Shown piece by piece: positions 1-12,090 of a DNA stretch of 32,000 nucleotides. Origin of the DNA: Wallemia ichthyophaga EXF-994 (lineage: Eukaryota; Fungi; Basidiomycota); the NCBI RefSeq assembly GCF_000400465.1, contig NW_008806274.1:270244-302243 (forward strand), read 5' to 3'. Within the stretch, counting starts at the first letter, position 1. Each line of letters opens with the position of its first letter. The translations under genes were made by a program, and so were the position numbers. The notes under the pieces are model-generated. The model saw nothing but the letters and a program-made list of their open reading frames with translations, was not told where the DNA came from and searched no databases.

Positions 1-380
1 TCCTCGACGAACTTTTCCCAATGACAGACAAAACGCTGATGGAGACCCTGGATGGTAACCAACATTCCAACAACGTGCATACGGGTGAGATGTTTGTCGA
101 TTTAGTCGAGCAAACCCGCACCTCGCTCCTAACGTCCGACTTGAAGAGCATCATGACTGACTGTCTCAATAAGAGCTTCGATCAATTGGCAGCCTCACTT
201 TCTCACCTCCCATCTAACAAACTTGCTTCGCAATTACCGAAAGTTAAAAAAAGCGGTCAGACATCCCTCCATTCTGTACCAAACGAGATGGTCGAAATGC
301 TCGCAAATCACGACGATCTGCTCGCTTTTGACGCCCTTATCCAAACCAACTACGAATCTGCCATTGATAAGGTCAAGTGA
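1..380 (+). CDS. PEX3: Peroxin-3 (peroxisomal membrane biogenesis factor), C-terminal part; gene begins upstream of the window
   Basis: ORF 21..380 ends ...KLASQLPKVKKSGQTSLHSVPNEMVEMLANHDDLLAFDALIQTNY, which resembles the fungal Pex3 C-terminus (LASLLP...PNE...L.AF.A.I..Y/F). Recognised from memory of the family, not by search. Confidence 0.55.
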   Translation, partial: LDELFPMTDKTLMETLDGNQHSNNVHTGEMFVDLVEQTRTSLLTSDLKSIMTDCLNKSFDQLAASLSHLPSNKLASQLPKVKKSGQTSLHSVPNEMVEMLANHDDLLAFDALIQTNYESAIDKVK

Positions 381-548
381 AAGTGAGTCATGTAATGGAG
401 TGGACACGCCTATCCTATCTACTATTCTAGCATTCTAGTATCACAAATTGTATATCAAATCATACTTGTACTTGTATACGTTTAAATGAACGTGTATGTA
501 ATTGCATTCGGGGCCGTTCAAGTGGCCGTGAAAATATTCAGCTCCGGA

Positions 549-3500
549 ATGCATAACCTGAAATGGGACGGAGATGTCATTGTCGACATAAACCATCGAG
601 ACAGCACACCAATGAATGAGAAGAGCAACGAATTTTACTCTCTCAATGATGAAGAGTCGCTTCAGCCGCGGTCTAAAAGTAAGGGCAAAGATAGAGGAAA
701 TGGCAACGGCAAAGGCAAGCAACGCATGTCCAATTTCTATCTCGGAGACAAGTACGACGAGACGCTAGAAGATCTAGAAGACAGTTTCTTCAATGCGTCG
801 ACGTCCGCCAACAACAGGCACCACAGCACCACCACCAATTCACCATTACGACCAATCGGCAGCGAAGATTCCATCCAGCAGCTCAAAACTCATGCGGAGA
901 ATTTCGTCAGCCATCACTCCCAACGTCTCTCGGAGACAGCGACAACAACGACGCCGAACAATAGCAGTCCCAGTGCTAGCACGACGACAAGCAGTGACAA
1001 CATATCCAATTTCTCCAATGCATGGGCGAATGCCAAGGCGCATATGAATTTGGGTGGCAGAAACAGCTTTGTTTCAGTTGATTCAGAGGATGGGGAAGGT
1101 AGGTTGCCACGGCCAGTCACCGCCCTAGGTGAAACGTCTATTCTGGGCAATTTGCTTGATCTTTACGCTCATAAAATCGTTGGGCAGCGTGTGTTGGCAG
1201 ATGGTGCACCAGCAGAAGCAGAAGCAGAAGCAGCAGTAGCGCCACTTCCATCACCACCACAGGGAAATATCTCAGGTAACGTGCCCAGGAATGACAGCCC
1301 AGCCGCACCCGAACAGGTCAAGATACCAATGACATCCCTTAATCGCCAGAGCAACCAGGAAACAGTGAGGAGCACGCCTAGTCACTCATCTATTCCCGCC
1401 GTGCGTAGCAGGTCGAACAGCCTGCCGGACGAGACTGGCGTTGCTGCTTCCTATCCACCCAGACCATCCCCAGGCAGGGATGCTAGACGCACATCGCAGC
1501 CTCCCAGGCCGAGCTTTAACATAAATTTTCCTCTCACGCCTGTCGATGAAAATGTTCCTGCGAGGAATAAACCTAACTTGAACATAGAAGTGAACAGGAA
1601 TAGGAGCATGGACTTGAGTAGAAATAGGAGCATGGATATTGAAAGAAACAGAAGCAGAAGCAACTCGGCTGAAAGCACCAAATCTTACACCTCAGTCAAT
1701 CATCTCCTCAAGTCTTTTCCAAATCACTCAAATTTTCACGGGGGCGCTGAATACGACGATGATGACGAAGCCAGTCCTGATGATCTCGCCGAGAATCATC
1801 CTATTAAGAAACTTATATCACCCAGAATGAGTACCGAAAGCGGCCCAAGAGACACATATCCACTTCTCGGAGGAGAGAAAGAAGCTAACGACCCAAAACG
1901 TCCTTCTGATCCGGTGAGCTTAGCTGGATAGAGTCTGTAGCGTCACTCACTTAACTCAACGCAGTTCGAAGATGAATTGGTTAAGAAGATCTCAGATTCA
2001 TTACAAAGACACGATTTTCTGCTCAGATTGGGCAAGGCGTTGATGGATTATGGCGCACCTACACACCGCATTGAGAGCCAACTCTACACTGCGGCTGATT
2101 TTTTAAACGTGCGTGTCTTGCATTCTGCAAGCAAAATGCCAATCTCACACGCTCCCCTTCAGGTATCAGCATCATTCTTATATCTCCCCAATATCCTCAT
2201 GATTACACTGTCAGATTACGACACACATACTTGTGGGTGGTTGCAATCGCGCTAATTCTAATTACCTTACCTTACCTTCAGGCGAGCAATTTTTTCTCAG
2301 ATCCACAGGAGGACTGGACCTATCCAGGCTGAGCAAAGCACACAAAGTGTATGTAGAAGTCATAAATAAAAAAATCAATACCGAGCAGGCATTATGGCGG
2401 TTGCACGATATAGCGGAGTGCGTGAGTTGGGTGAGCTTGAAAAGATGGTGGACATACTGATACACTAAGCTCAGGAAGACCAGTACACTGCACGGCAAAC
2501 GGTTCTTATTGGCGCTTTAGCCAGTGCTGCAGTAGCCCCAATGGCATTCAGCGCAAGGTATGTATGTGTTACGAGCGTCGCATTCACGCCACTCAAACCC
2601 ACCACAGTCTGGCAGACATCCCAGTCGTCTTCTTTCTCGGAGGATTTCTCACATTTGTGAAAGTGAGCGGCGTGCTAAAGAGCGAGTCGTTTGGATTCAT
2701 ATTGGAAATATCGTGTGCGTGTCTCATATCTGTGAGTGGGATTCACGACAACAGCTCAAACACACAAGCTGACCAGTTTTATCACCACTACCACACTAAC
2801 AGATGGCTGCACGCGGTCTATTTACAACCGGCGTATTCTGCTTCCAGTCCATCGCAGCTAGCGCGATTGTGTTGATATTACCCGGATGGATCATAGCGTG
2901 CGGGGCGCTAGAGCTCGCCTCGCGCAATATAGTCTCAGGCTCTATTCGCGTCGTTTACGCTCTATGCTACTCTATGTTCCTCGGATTCGCGATCAGCATC
3001 GGCAGCGATTTTATCAGTGTTCTCGCAGTCCACGACAACAGCGACCAGCATGATCAGTTTGACACGGTCACTCTCAGCGGCACGTTCCTTCCTAACTCGT
3101 CTTTCTCAGATATCAACAACCCAATCGAAGAGGGCAGCTTCACTTTCACTAATACTTCAGCACCGACATACCACGGAGATGTTGTATGTGTGCGTCACCC
3201 TGATGCACCGTTCTATCTCAAGACTATGCCTAAGATTTATCTCCTCGTTTGCGCTCCTGTCTTCGCGGCGTTTTTGTCCATGTACAACAAGGCTGACTGG
3301 CGCAAGTCTGAGATGTGGATTGGCGTAATCATTAGTTGCTCGGGCTATGCTTCCAACGTCGCTACTACTATGTTCGCCCCAAATCGCTCAGATATTATCA
3401 GCTCAGTGTCATCTTTCACCGTCGGATTTCTAGGTAATTGTTATTCCAGATTGTTTAAGCGCTCGGCTTTTCCTGTCACTGTTACGGGCATCCTCCTCTG

Positions 3501-3699
3501 TGTTCCCAACGGTATAAGTGCTGCGGGCGGCATTGCCATGTCTAACCCTAGTCCTGACAATGAATCGTCCTTCAGTCGTGGTTTGGTTATTGGATTAAGA
3601 ATGTTCCAGGTCGCTGTCGGTATCGTCGTTGGGTTGTTTTTGTCAACCATTTTCGTTTACAACATCGGTGCTAAAAGAGGCTTCCTCTTTAGCTTCTAG
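549..3699 (+). CDS. PRM10: ThrE/DUF1212-family multi-pass membrane protein (Prm10-like) with a long disordered N-terminus, about 940 aa
   Basis: Exons 549-1913, 1965-2108, 2163-2232, 2282-2421, 2475-2557, 2608-2731, 2803-3699 join in frame (2823 nt) via GT-AG introns of 49-71 nt. Motifs LLRLGKALMDYGAPTHRIE and ILPGWIIACGALELASRNIVSGSIR are typical of ThrE/Prm10 proteins, followed by about 10 hydrophobic segments. Confidence 0.85.
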
Positions 3700-4031
3700 A
3701 TAGTTAATTTTACGTATATCTTGGATATATTGTTCAGTATTTTATGAATTATTTTCTTAACGATGCTACGAAATTCGGTACGAATCATGCATGCCGGCTT
3801 CGGTGCAAATTCTCACTGTTTTGTTCCGCTGCCCGATAAGGAAATATGGTAGTTTATACAATTGGATGTGAGTTAAGTATCCTATTATTCGCAGATTTAA
3901 TCTTATAAAGCTGTCGCTGTTTTCATATTTTTCCCAGAGATGAATTATTTCACCAAACAAGTCGACGCGAATAAGGAGGCGGATTGAAGTGACTAGGCTT
4001 CTTTAAGAGCAAATAAATAGCAAATATACTA

Positions 4032-4556
4032 ATGCTAACATTAAAATTCCTCTACAAGCGTCGTAAGTGGGCTACCTACAATGATTGTTACATGACACCC
4101 ATAGTTCTCGCACACACCAAACGCAGACGCCGTAGATCAGCTCCAGAGCTGCCACAGTCGGAAAGTTTCAAATGCATAGGAATTCTTGACGAGGAGTCAA
4201 TGTTTGACATGTTCGACCAGATGTACAACACGCCTATACTGACACATAGACCGAATTTGACATACTACGAGATGTGGTATAGGAACCTGAAGCACTACGA
4301 TCACATTGCGGCTAGTGTGAATCTCTCTAGCACCTCCAGCTCAACTAGCAACGTTTTCAAATTCACTCCTCACAACAGCCCAGTCATCAAACATCATAAA
4401 AATATCGATAGAGGTAGTGATGGAAGCTTTAGTAGCAGTATTTTTGATAATCTTTCTATGCTTGATTCACCTTCTTCTGCTCCAACTAGACCGTCGATGC
4501 GCGAAGTTGTTGTCGATGGCGAAATTGTCACTATCGAATTCTCGCTCAGGATTTAA
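4032..4556 (+). CDS. Hypothetical protein, 174 aa, basic N-terminus and Ser-rich C-terminus
   Basis: Intronless ATG-to-TAA ORF in otherwise AT-rich DNA. No recognisable domain. Confidence 0.5.
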   Translation: MLTLKFLYKRRKWATYNDCYMTPIVLAHTKRRRRRSAPELPQSESFKCIGILDEESMFDMFDQMYNTPILTHRPNLTYYEMWYRNLKHYDHIAASVNLSSTSSSTSNVFKFTPHNSPVIKHHKNIDRGSDGSFSSSIFDNLSMLDSPSSAPTRPSMREVVVDGEIVTIEFSLRI

Positions 4557-4671
4557 TGTGATGCAGCGGATATTTAAAAGATATTGAGACACTCGACTTT
4601 CGCAAACTCGCACACGTGCACAAATCGCTCTTAATTTATATTCCAAAGCATTATTCCTACTTCTGCGTTAT

Positions 4672-5781
4672 TCAATTGTTATTTGAAGATACTTCTATTG
4701 AGCTGTACTTTGAAATTAGAAATTGAGTGAATTGAGTGAGAGTACAAGACACTTGCAAAACTGCTGAAGTTCTTGAAAGAAGCAAACGATATATAAAATT
4801 ACAACAAGGCTTTTTTATTTTAAACTCACAAAAAGTGGTAATCAATGCTTTCAATGCTAATACGATGTTGTTTATAGTCAAATTTCTGCCAGGTAATTCT
4901 ATTCTGAAAAAGTAGCGCGGCGGAAGAATTTTGACTCTCCAAGAAAACATAATGGATCGATGAATTCTGCTTTGCTTGGTACTTAGATGATTTAATTCTA
5001 GGAAAGCGGTACTTGTCGAAATTTTTGTGGAACACTCCTAGTTTCAATTTCTTCAAATTTGGCATCTCTGATAGGAAGCAGCAAGTAGGGAAGTTCGGGT
5101 ACAGATTAAAACGACTAAAAGTATCAATGCTGCAGCCCCAAATTAGGGATTCATCCACTACATAGTCTGTTGTAATAGAAAGATCTTTAACGATCATCAT
5201 TGCTTCCAATGAATACCGAAAGCAATTGAGTTTTCCTGAAGTAGAGTAAATACCCCAAATAAGAGTGTCATTATACCGGTGAAAAATTCGACTGTTCAAA
5301 CTGAAACTCCAATCATTTATATTTTAAAAGCGATCAAAATTGACATGGCGCAAATGCAACATCTTCACTTCAGCACAAAGAGATTTGGTGATATGCTCAG
5401 GAGTGATTGATAACAGCCTGAAACTGCTGCAAGCAGAGATGGAAAGATCGATAGCTCTAAGAAATCTTGAAAGCGTGATTATTCTCTATTTAATCATAAT
5501 TGCTAGTTTCAATCTTGTATTAAATTCTGTTGAAATGGGCTAGACCATCATCATCACATAAGTCTTGGTAAACTTCTGGTGGTGAACCTTAACAAACACG
5601 CTACCCAATTTACTACCAGAACACTCCCTCAAATTGATCCAGTCTTTGAGCTCTTGAGCGTCAGTTTGATTTTTAGGTGAAAACGTTGCTCTCGAGAAAA
5701 CTATTAAGCAGAAATTCAGTTAAGGTCTAATGTGAGAATGTTGACTACTATTCATGCACCTAATGACTTCCATTCTACCAT
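4672..5781 (-). pseudogene. AT-rich, lineage-specific gene remnant, possibly LRR/F-box-like, with an in-frame stop
   Basis: The minus frame reads ...VKMLHLRHVNFDRF*NINDWSFSLNSRIF... through a TAA at 5324-5326 into ORF 4826..5299, which contains the LRR-like string LSEMPNLKKLKLG. There is a candidate first exon MVEWKSL at 5781. The exon structure is uncertain. Confidence 0.35.
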
Positions 5782-6159
5782 TTCCGATTACTGGCAGCCA
5801 CTCTCTTCTACCTGTGGCTTTGTTGAAACCTTTCAACAAAACTTTTCGTGAAAAGTTTCACACATTAAAGTGTCTACTATTCTCACTATAAATCTAACGT
5901 TAAATTACATAGTCCTCTCGTTTTGGAGATTTTGGAAGCGGTGCAAGAGGAGGTAGATTGAATGAGATTGAGTGGATGGAATTGGCGAAATAGCAGCCTT
6001 GATGGCTCGAACCAAAAAAATTGAATGTTTGGGGTTGCATGTTCTAAGCGATGTTAATTATTGTTAATTTGTGTAAAAATGTACATTCAGATGAAAATCA
6101 GCTACATAACAAAGAAAGAGAAGGAACTAAGCGATACGAAAACACGTAAGATATACAGC

Positions 6160-9100
6160 CTATTTGCCAACCTCGCAGATAAGATCACCGGCGGAGATGC
6201 TATCACTTTCAGTGACGACGACTCTGTTAATCTTGCCTGAGGCAGGAGAAGAGATAGAGTTCTCCATCTTCATAGCGCTAATAACAGCGAGAGGGTCACC
6301 CTCCTTGACTTCCTGACCCTGGCTCACGCGCAACTCGATAATGACACCACCCATTGGTGCACCGACGCTACCTGGTTCTCTCGATGCTTTTTCTCTCTGG
6401 ACGTGCTCGACAGCGGCCGACTTATCGTCGATACTGACAGCACGCACCTCACCATTAAGTTCGAAAAAGACGTCGCGCTGTCCTTTCTGTTGATCGAGCG
6501 CACCAACAGCAAGTAGCTTGATGAGAAGCGTCTTGCCCTGGTCGATAGTGACGTTCACCTCCTCGCCGATCTGTGGAGGAGCAAGGAAAATGCGCGTAGG
6601 TACTGCCGAAAGGTCACCGTGTTTTTCGATAAAGTTTTGGTACTGTATGTTTGTCAGGTATATCAGTCACTGCATTCAATACCACATTCCACTCACCTCT
6701 TCGAACACCTTCGGATAGAGACAGTAAGAAGACACGTCAGCGTCAGTGATATGCTTGCCGTATTTAGCTACAAGCTCCTTCTTTACAGCAGGCAAATTGA
6801 CCGGCATCATTCCCACACCCGGTCTACCGTCAATACGTGGTTTGTCACGGATAATCTTTGTTCTGAGCGGCTCTGGGAATCCACCGACAGGCTGACCGAG
6901 GTAACCTTGGAAGAACTCTATGACAGAGTTAGGGAAGTCGAGCTTATCAGCGCGCTCTTCGATGTCTTGCTTCGACAATTGACTCGAGACCATGAATTGT
7001 GCAAGGTCTCCAACGACCTTGGACGATGGAGTAACTTTGACGATGTTTCCACATAGCTCGTTTGCCTCGATGTACTTCTGCTTGATCTCAGTCCACTGTG
7101 TTCCCAAGCCGAGCTGCTGCGCCTGGAACATGAGGTTGGTGTACTGTCCACCCGGCATCTCGTGGTCGAACACTCCCGAGTCAGAAGAGCGCACGTTAGC
7201 TTCGAAGCATTGGTACAGAATGCGACACTGCGTCCAGTACAGGTTGAGAGCTTGAATGTCATCGTGGCGGATACCAGCACCGAGACCAGTCTGCTCGAGC
7301 GCAGACACAACTGCTCCCATTGATGGCTGTGAAGTAAGCCCGGACATGCTGTCGATGGCGACATCAACAACATCTGCACCTGCCTGTGCACACGCGAGCA
7401 TAGAAGCTGCTGAAATACCGGCAGTGTCGTGCGAGTGGACGTGGATTGGCAGCTCTGGGAAGCGTTGACGGAGTGCGCCGATCAACTTTGTAGCAGCGTG
7501 CGGTTTGAGCAAGCCTGCCATATCCTTGATACCGAGGACGTGGATTCCGCAGTCTACCAACTCTTGGACAAAGTTAATGTAGTATTCGAGCGTGTACTTT
7601 TTCTCCTTTTCAGAAGCCACATCACCCGTGTAACACACAGTAGCTTCAACCACACCGCCCGCTTTCTTCGCAGCGTCAATACCCAGTTTCATGTTTTCAA
7701 TATAGTTGAGCGAGTCGAATACGCGGAAAATATCGAGTCCGTTTTCTACAGCCTTCTTGCTAAAGTCGTAGATAACGTTGTCGGGGTATGACGTGTAGCC
7801 GACACCGTTAGCACCGCGCACCAGTGCCTGGAAGGGAACGTTAGGGACGAGTTTACGCAATGTGCGCAGTCTAGCCCAAGGATCTTCGTAGAGGAAACGC
7901 ATAGCAACATCAAAAGTAGCACCACCCCAGCATTCCAAGGAATATGCGTTGCTTAATGCATGTGAGGTCTCCTTTGCAATGTTCGCCATATCGACAGTAC
8001 GCAGACGCGTAGCGAGGAGCGATTGGTGGGCGTCTCTCCACGTGGTGTCCATAATAAGACATCCTTTGTAGTCTCTTATGGCCTTGGCGAAGCCCTCTGG
8101 ACCCTTGTCAAGGATTACGTTACGCCATCCCTTCTCGCACGGCTCAGAAGTATCAAGAGGCTTGTTGCTGCCGTCGCGCGATGGGAGCTGAGGCACGACA
8201 ATTTCCGATTTGAGACCCGGTTCGCCTACTTGTCCCTTTATTGAGGATCCATTGACAACAACATCTCCGAGGTATGTCAGCAGCTTTTGCGCTCTGTTCT
8301 GCGATGTTACCAGCTTGAAGAGCTCAGGGCTGTCGTCGATAAAGGTGGTCCAGGTGTTACCAGCAACAAAGATTTCATGGGTGAGCAAACGGAACAGGAA
8401 GGGAATGTTTGTCTTGACACCGCGGATGCGGAACTCTACGAGAGCGCGGAGCATCTTGCGGCGGGCGAGATCGTACGATTGGCCTCTTACTGAAACCTTG
8501 ACTAGGAGAGAGTCGTAGTGTGGAGTGATGACTGCACCTGCATAGCCATTTGAGGCATCCAATCTAATACCGTTACCACCGGCGGATCTGTATACCTCAA
8601 TTCTGCCGGTATCTGGAGCAAAGCCTACTGAGGGGTCTTCGGTGGTGATTCTGCATTGAATTGCCGAGCCGCGCTTGGTGATGTTTTCTTGCAGAAGACC
8701 TAACTGAGTGAGTGAAGCACCAGTAGCGATTTGGATCTGCGCAGCGACAATGTCGATACCGGTGATTTCCTCTGTGATAGTATGTTCGACTTGAATACGT
8801 GGGTTTATTTCAATAAAGTAGTGTCTGCCCATCCGATCGACCAAGACTGTTTCTGTGTTAGATTGTGCGTCTCAGAGGGATATAAAAAACACCCACACTC
8901 TGCGGTACCAGCGTTGCGATAACCGATAGCCCTAGCGAGAGTCTTTGCATCGTTGAGGATGGAGTCGCGGACTTCATCTGAAAGGTTTGGAGCAGGAGCG
9001 ATCTCTACGACCTTTTGGTGACGACGCTGAACAGAGCAGTCACGTTCGAACAAGTGAATAACATTACCATGGCTGTCTGCAAGTAGCTGAACCTCGATGT

Positions 9101-9903
9101 GACGTGGGTGATCTAGGAATCTCTCGACAAAGACAGTACCATCGCCGAACGCCGATGTAGCTTCAGAGACAGCTCTGCCGAAAGCCTCCTTGAATTCACC
9201 TTGAGATCTGACAACACGCATACCACGGCCACCACCGCCCATAGCAGCCTTAATGATGACTGGAAATCCATATTCTTGGATGAAGTCGTTTGCTTGGTCG
9301 TAAGAGTCGATTGGGCCTTTAGTTCCAGGAACGACAGGGACGTTGTTGTTCATAGCGAGAGTGCGTGCCTTGGTCTGTGGAGGAGTGTATTAGTGGGGTG
9401 TTTGAGCGTAAAATGAGGAAAACAGGTAAACCAACCTTATCTCCGAGACCATCGATGGCTTCCGGAGTAGGACCAACAAAAGTGATGCCATTTTCAAAGC
9501 ACTTTCTTGCGAAATCTGCATTTTCAGACAAGAAACCGTATCCAGGGTGTATCAAGTCGACGCAGTGGTCTTTGGCGATTCTGATGATGTCATCTTGGTC
9601 GAGGTACGCGGATACGGGTGGTTTGCCAGCACCAACTTGATAGGCCTCGTCTGACTTGTAGCGGTGGGAGGATAATCTGTCTTCGTGGGAGTAGATGGAC
9701 ACTGTTTGCATCGATAGTTCGTGTACAGATCTTATGATTCTCACAGCAATTTCGCCTCTGTTTGCTATCAAGAGACGCTTGCCCTGGAGTGGCTGTCCAG
9801 ATTTGGTGCGGATGTCGTGGATGGACGTCGGACCCGGTGTGGAAGGCACCGAGGATGATTCTCTGAACTCAGCAGCGAATTGAGAATGTGCGTTTGGGTT
9901 CAT
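6160..9903 (-). CDS. PYC1: Pyruvate carboxylase, about 1192 aa
   Basis: Biotin carboxylase motifs (LIANRGEIA, HPGYGFLSEN, KAAMGGGGRGMR, ERDCSVQRRHQK, EINPRIQVEH), carboxyltransferase motifs (DTTWRDAHQSL, HEMPGGQYTNL) and the biotinyl AMKME motif are all present. Introns 9375-9435, 8847-8896 and 6643-6696 restore one frame of 3579 nt. Confidence 0.98.
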
Positions 9904-10906
9904 TGGTGTTTTGGTTTGATGATGATGGTTAGAGATCAAGATGTGCGAGAATGGAATGTTGAGTATTTAATGCCGAGAGATGTGCTGTGACAATCCGTTG
10001 CAGTGGATTTAATTGGGGAGAGCGACACGTGCACAAATACAAGCGAGCAAATACTCAGCAAATACGCTGCTCTATAAAGCCATCTTACAATCCATCTTGT
10101 CTTATCTATTTGATTCTATATTTCGCTGAAATATTTCCAGTTTTAAGACGATTTGTGCGGTGTTCGCGGGGTATTTGTACATGACTCTTATGTAATTTCC
10201 ACAAATCTCCGCCCTCTCTATGGCCTACATTATCGCACTTTTATTCCGGCGGTTCAATTCCGCATATCCACAAACGACCACAAAACGCGGAGTCAGCTTA
10301 CATAAACCCAATTGAAGCTTTTCATTTATGCTACTAGCACATTCATTTTCTTAACCGTCTTTGGCAGGTGTTAATCTCGCCGGAGAAGACCGAAGAATTA
10401 TCATTATCTCGGTTGAATATTAAATTGCGAGGATGCGGCGGACGATAAGAATGAGGAGCCCGAAGACTGAAAACGCTGAAACAAGTAAGGAGCGGTCACA
10501 TTCCCGTGTTGTGATGATAAAAAGCGGCGAATGCCCCTTATCAGTGATGACGTAGATACCTTTAATTCCACTTGTCCAAAGTACCAAAGTACTGCATCTT
10601 GCCCTATGGCCTGTTTCGAACTTATTTCACCTCTTTGTACCTTTCACTGCACTATCATGCATGTAAGCCCAACCAGCTTCAAATCTTCAATATTTCTCCG
10701 AGTCGATGCAGCTATCTCATTTTGATGGATGATTGATAGAAATTTTTAAAAAATATCTGAATGTAATAACTTGTTGCCTTTTAATAACAGTATTATAGTA
10801 ATACGCAAGTTCACATCCCGTCTTAGATCTCATTTGGAAAGTGAAAAGTGAAAATTAGCACATATCCAAGATACTCGCTCATGTGCTATTAAGACAGCTG
10901 CTCCTA

Positions 10907-11957
10907 TTAGAGGCACCTATACGTATTTTTGGTCTTTCGAAGATCCTCTTTGTCTTTCAAAAGCTGCTTGATGGGTTCCTTTGCCGGAAAGTGAGGGGTA
11001 GCATAGCGAATTTTGAAGGTCTTTGGGGTCTTAGCAGGGGTTCTGATATCTTTCAACACCTGAACGTTAGTTTGAGCGTCGTTATCATCGTAATCTTCGT
11101 TGTCGTCGTCATCGCATTCGGCATCCATTTCACCCACACTATCTACATTCGTTACCGCCTCAATAAGCGATAAGCGTCTCGCTTCATTGTCAAATCTCTC
11201 CAAAAACACCAATAGCACCCCTCACTCTCTGCGGCTATCTCACTCATTTCATCTGTATATGAGATTGTTGGCAATATCATACATATGAAGTTGACTAAAG
11301 AGGTTTTCGTATCCCGAAAGACGCTCTTCAAGCTCTTGCACACGTTGGCGAAGGCATGTGTACATGTGAGGATGAGGCCGAGACGAGTTTGCGAGTGTAT
11401 GGGAGGAGGTTTGCAGGGCCTCCTCTGGCGTCGACTCACGCTCCCCTTTGGATGGAGCTTGTTGAGTTTCTTGTAGTTTTGGTGATAGTTTGACTATCTC
11501 GAATGTCTCATGTGCGTTGCTGTGTTGATTATTGCGGGTGTCTTGCATTTTTTCATCGACTTCTTCTTCGACGTGATCAATGTTGTTGATGGCCAACTCA
11601 AAGTTTTCAGAATCCTCAGCATGCTCAGGCCTCTCAGCATTCTCATCCTCGGAATAACTAACATCGATAGCGAGAAAGAGTGGGAGCCCTACCTGCGATT
11701 ATAGCGCCACCATCATCAGTCTTATGGGCTATTGGACAAGTGGTGGCAGTCGAATTCTTCAGATTGCGCACGAACGATGTTCGATTGGTAATACTGCGCT
11801 TTTGAGGCACGTTTGTGGCTGGTCTTCCCCTTTCTTTGTCTGTTTGTGGTGTGCGATGGGTGGTTGTGGCGGGAGCACTGACGCAGCTATCTGCACCCCG
11901 GGTGCTCTCTCGTAAGTAAATTATGAACAAAACTCTACTAACTTTGCGGGGTTCCAT
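10907..11957 (-). CDS. Hypothetical acidic/coiled-coil protein, fragmented across three frames (possible pseudogene)
   Basis: ORFs 11658..11957, 11249..11596 and 10907..11218 have coding-like composition (LRQRVQELEERLSGYE; DDDDNEDYDDND). I could not join them with phase-compatible canonical introns. Confidence 0.4.
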
Positions 11958-12090
11958 TGGTGTTTGGTTTGCGCTCGTGTGTTGATGTGATGATATCGAT
12001 TGCTAGTCGAAACGATAGGAAGGGAATGAACAAATGTAATTGGTAAACATAATTCAGCTCAAAATACAACATATTTAAAGATATAATGAA

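Noticed and set aside
486-548. ATG at 486 as the PRM10-like start
   Set aside because: It sits in AT-rich, promoter-like sequence only about 105 nt after the PEX3 stop. The ATG at 549 (MHNLKWDGD) is more plausible but unproven.
6324-9883. Many antisense and alternative-frame ORFs overlapping pyruvate carboxylase
   Set aside because: These are shadow ORFs of a long, codon-biased CDS with no independent motifs. The same applies to those over SUL1, THI20 and PRM10.
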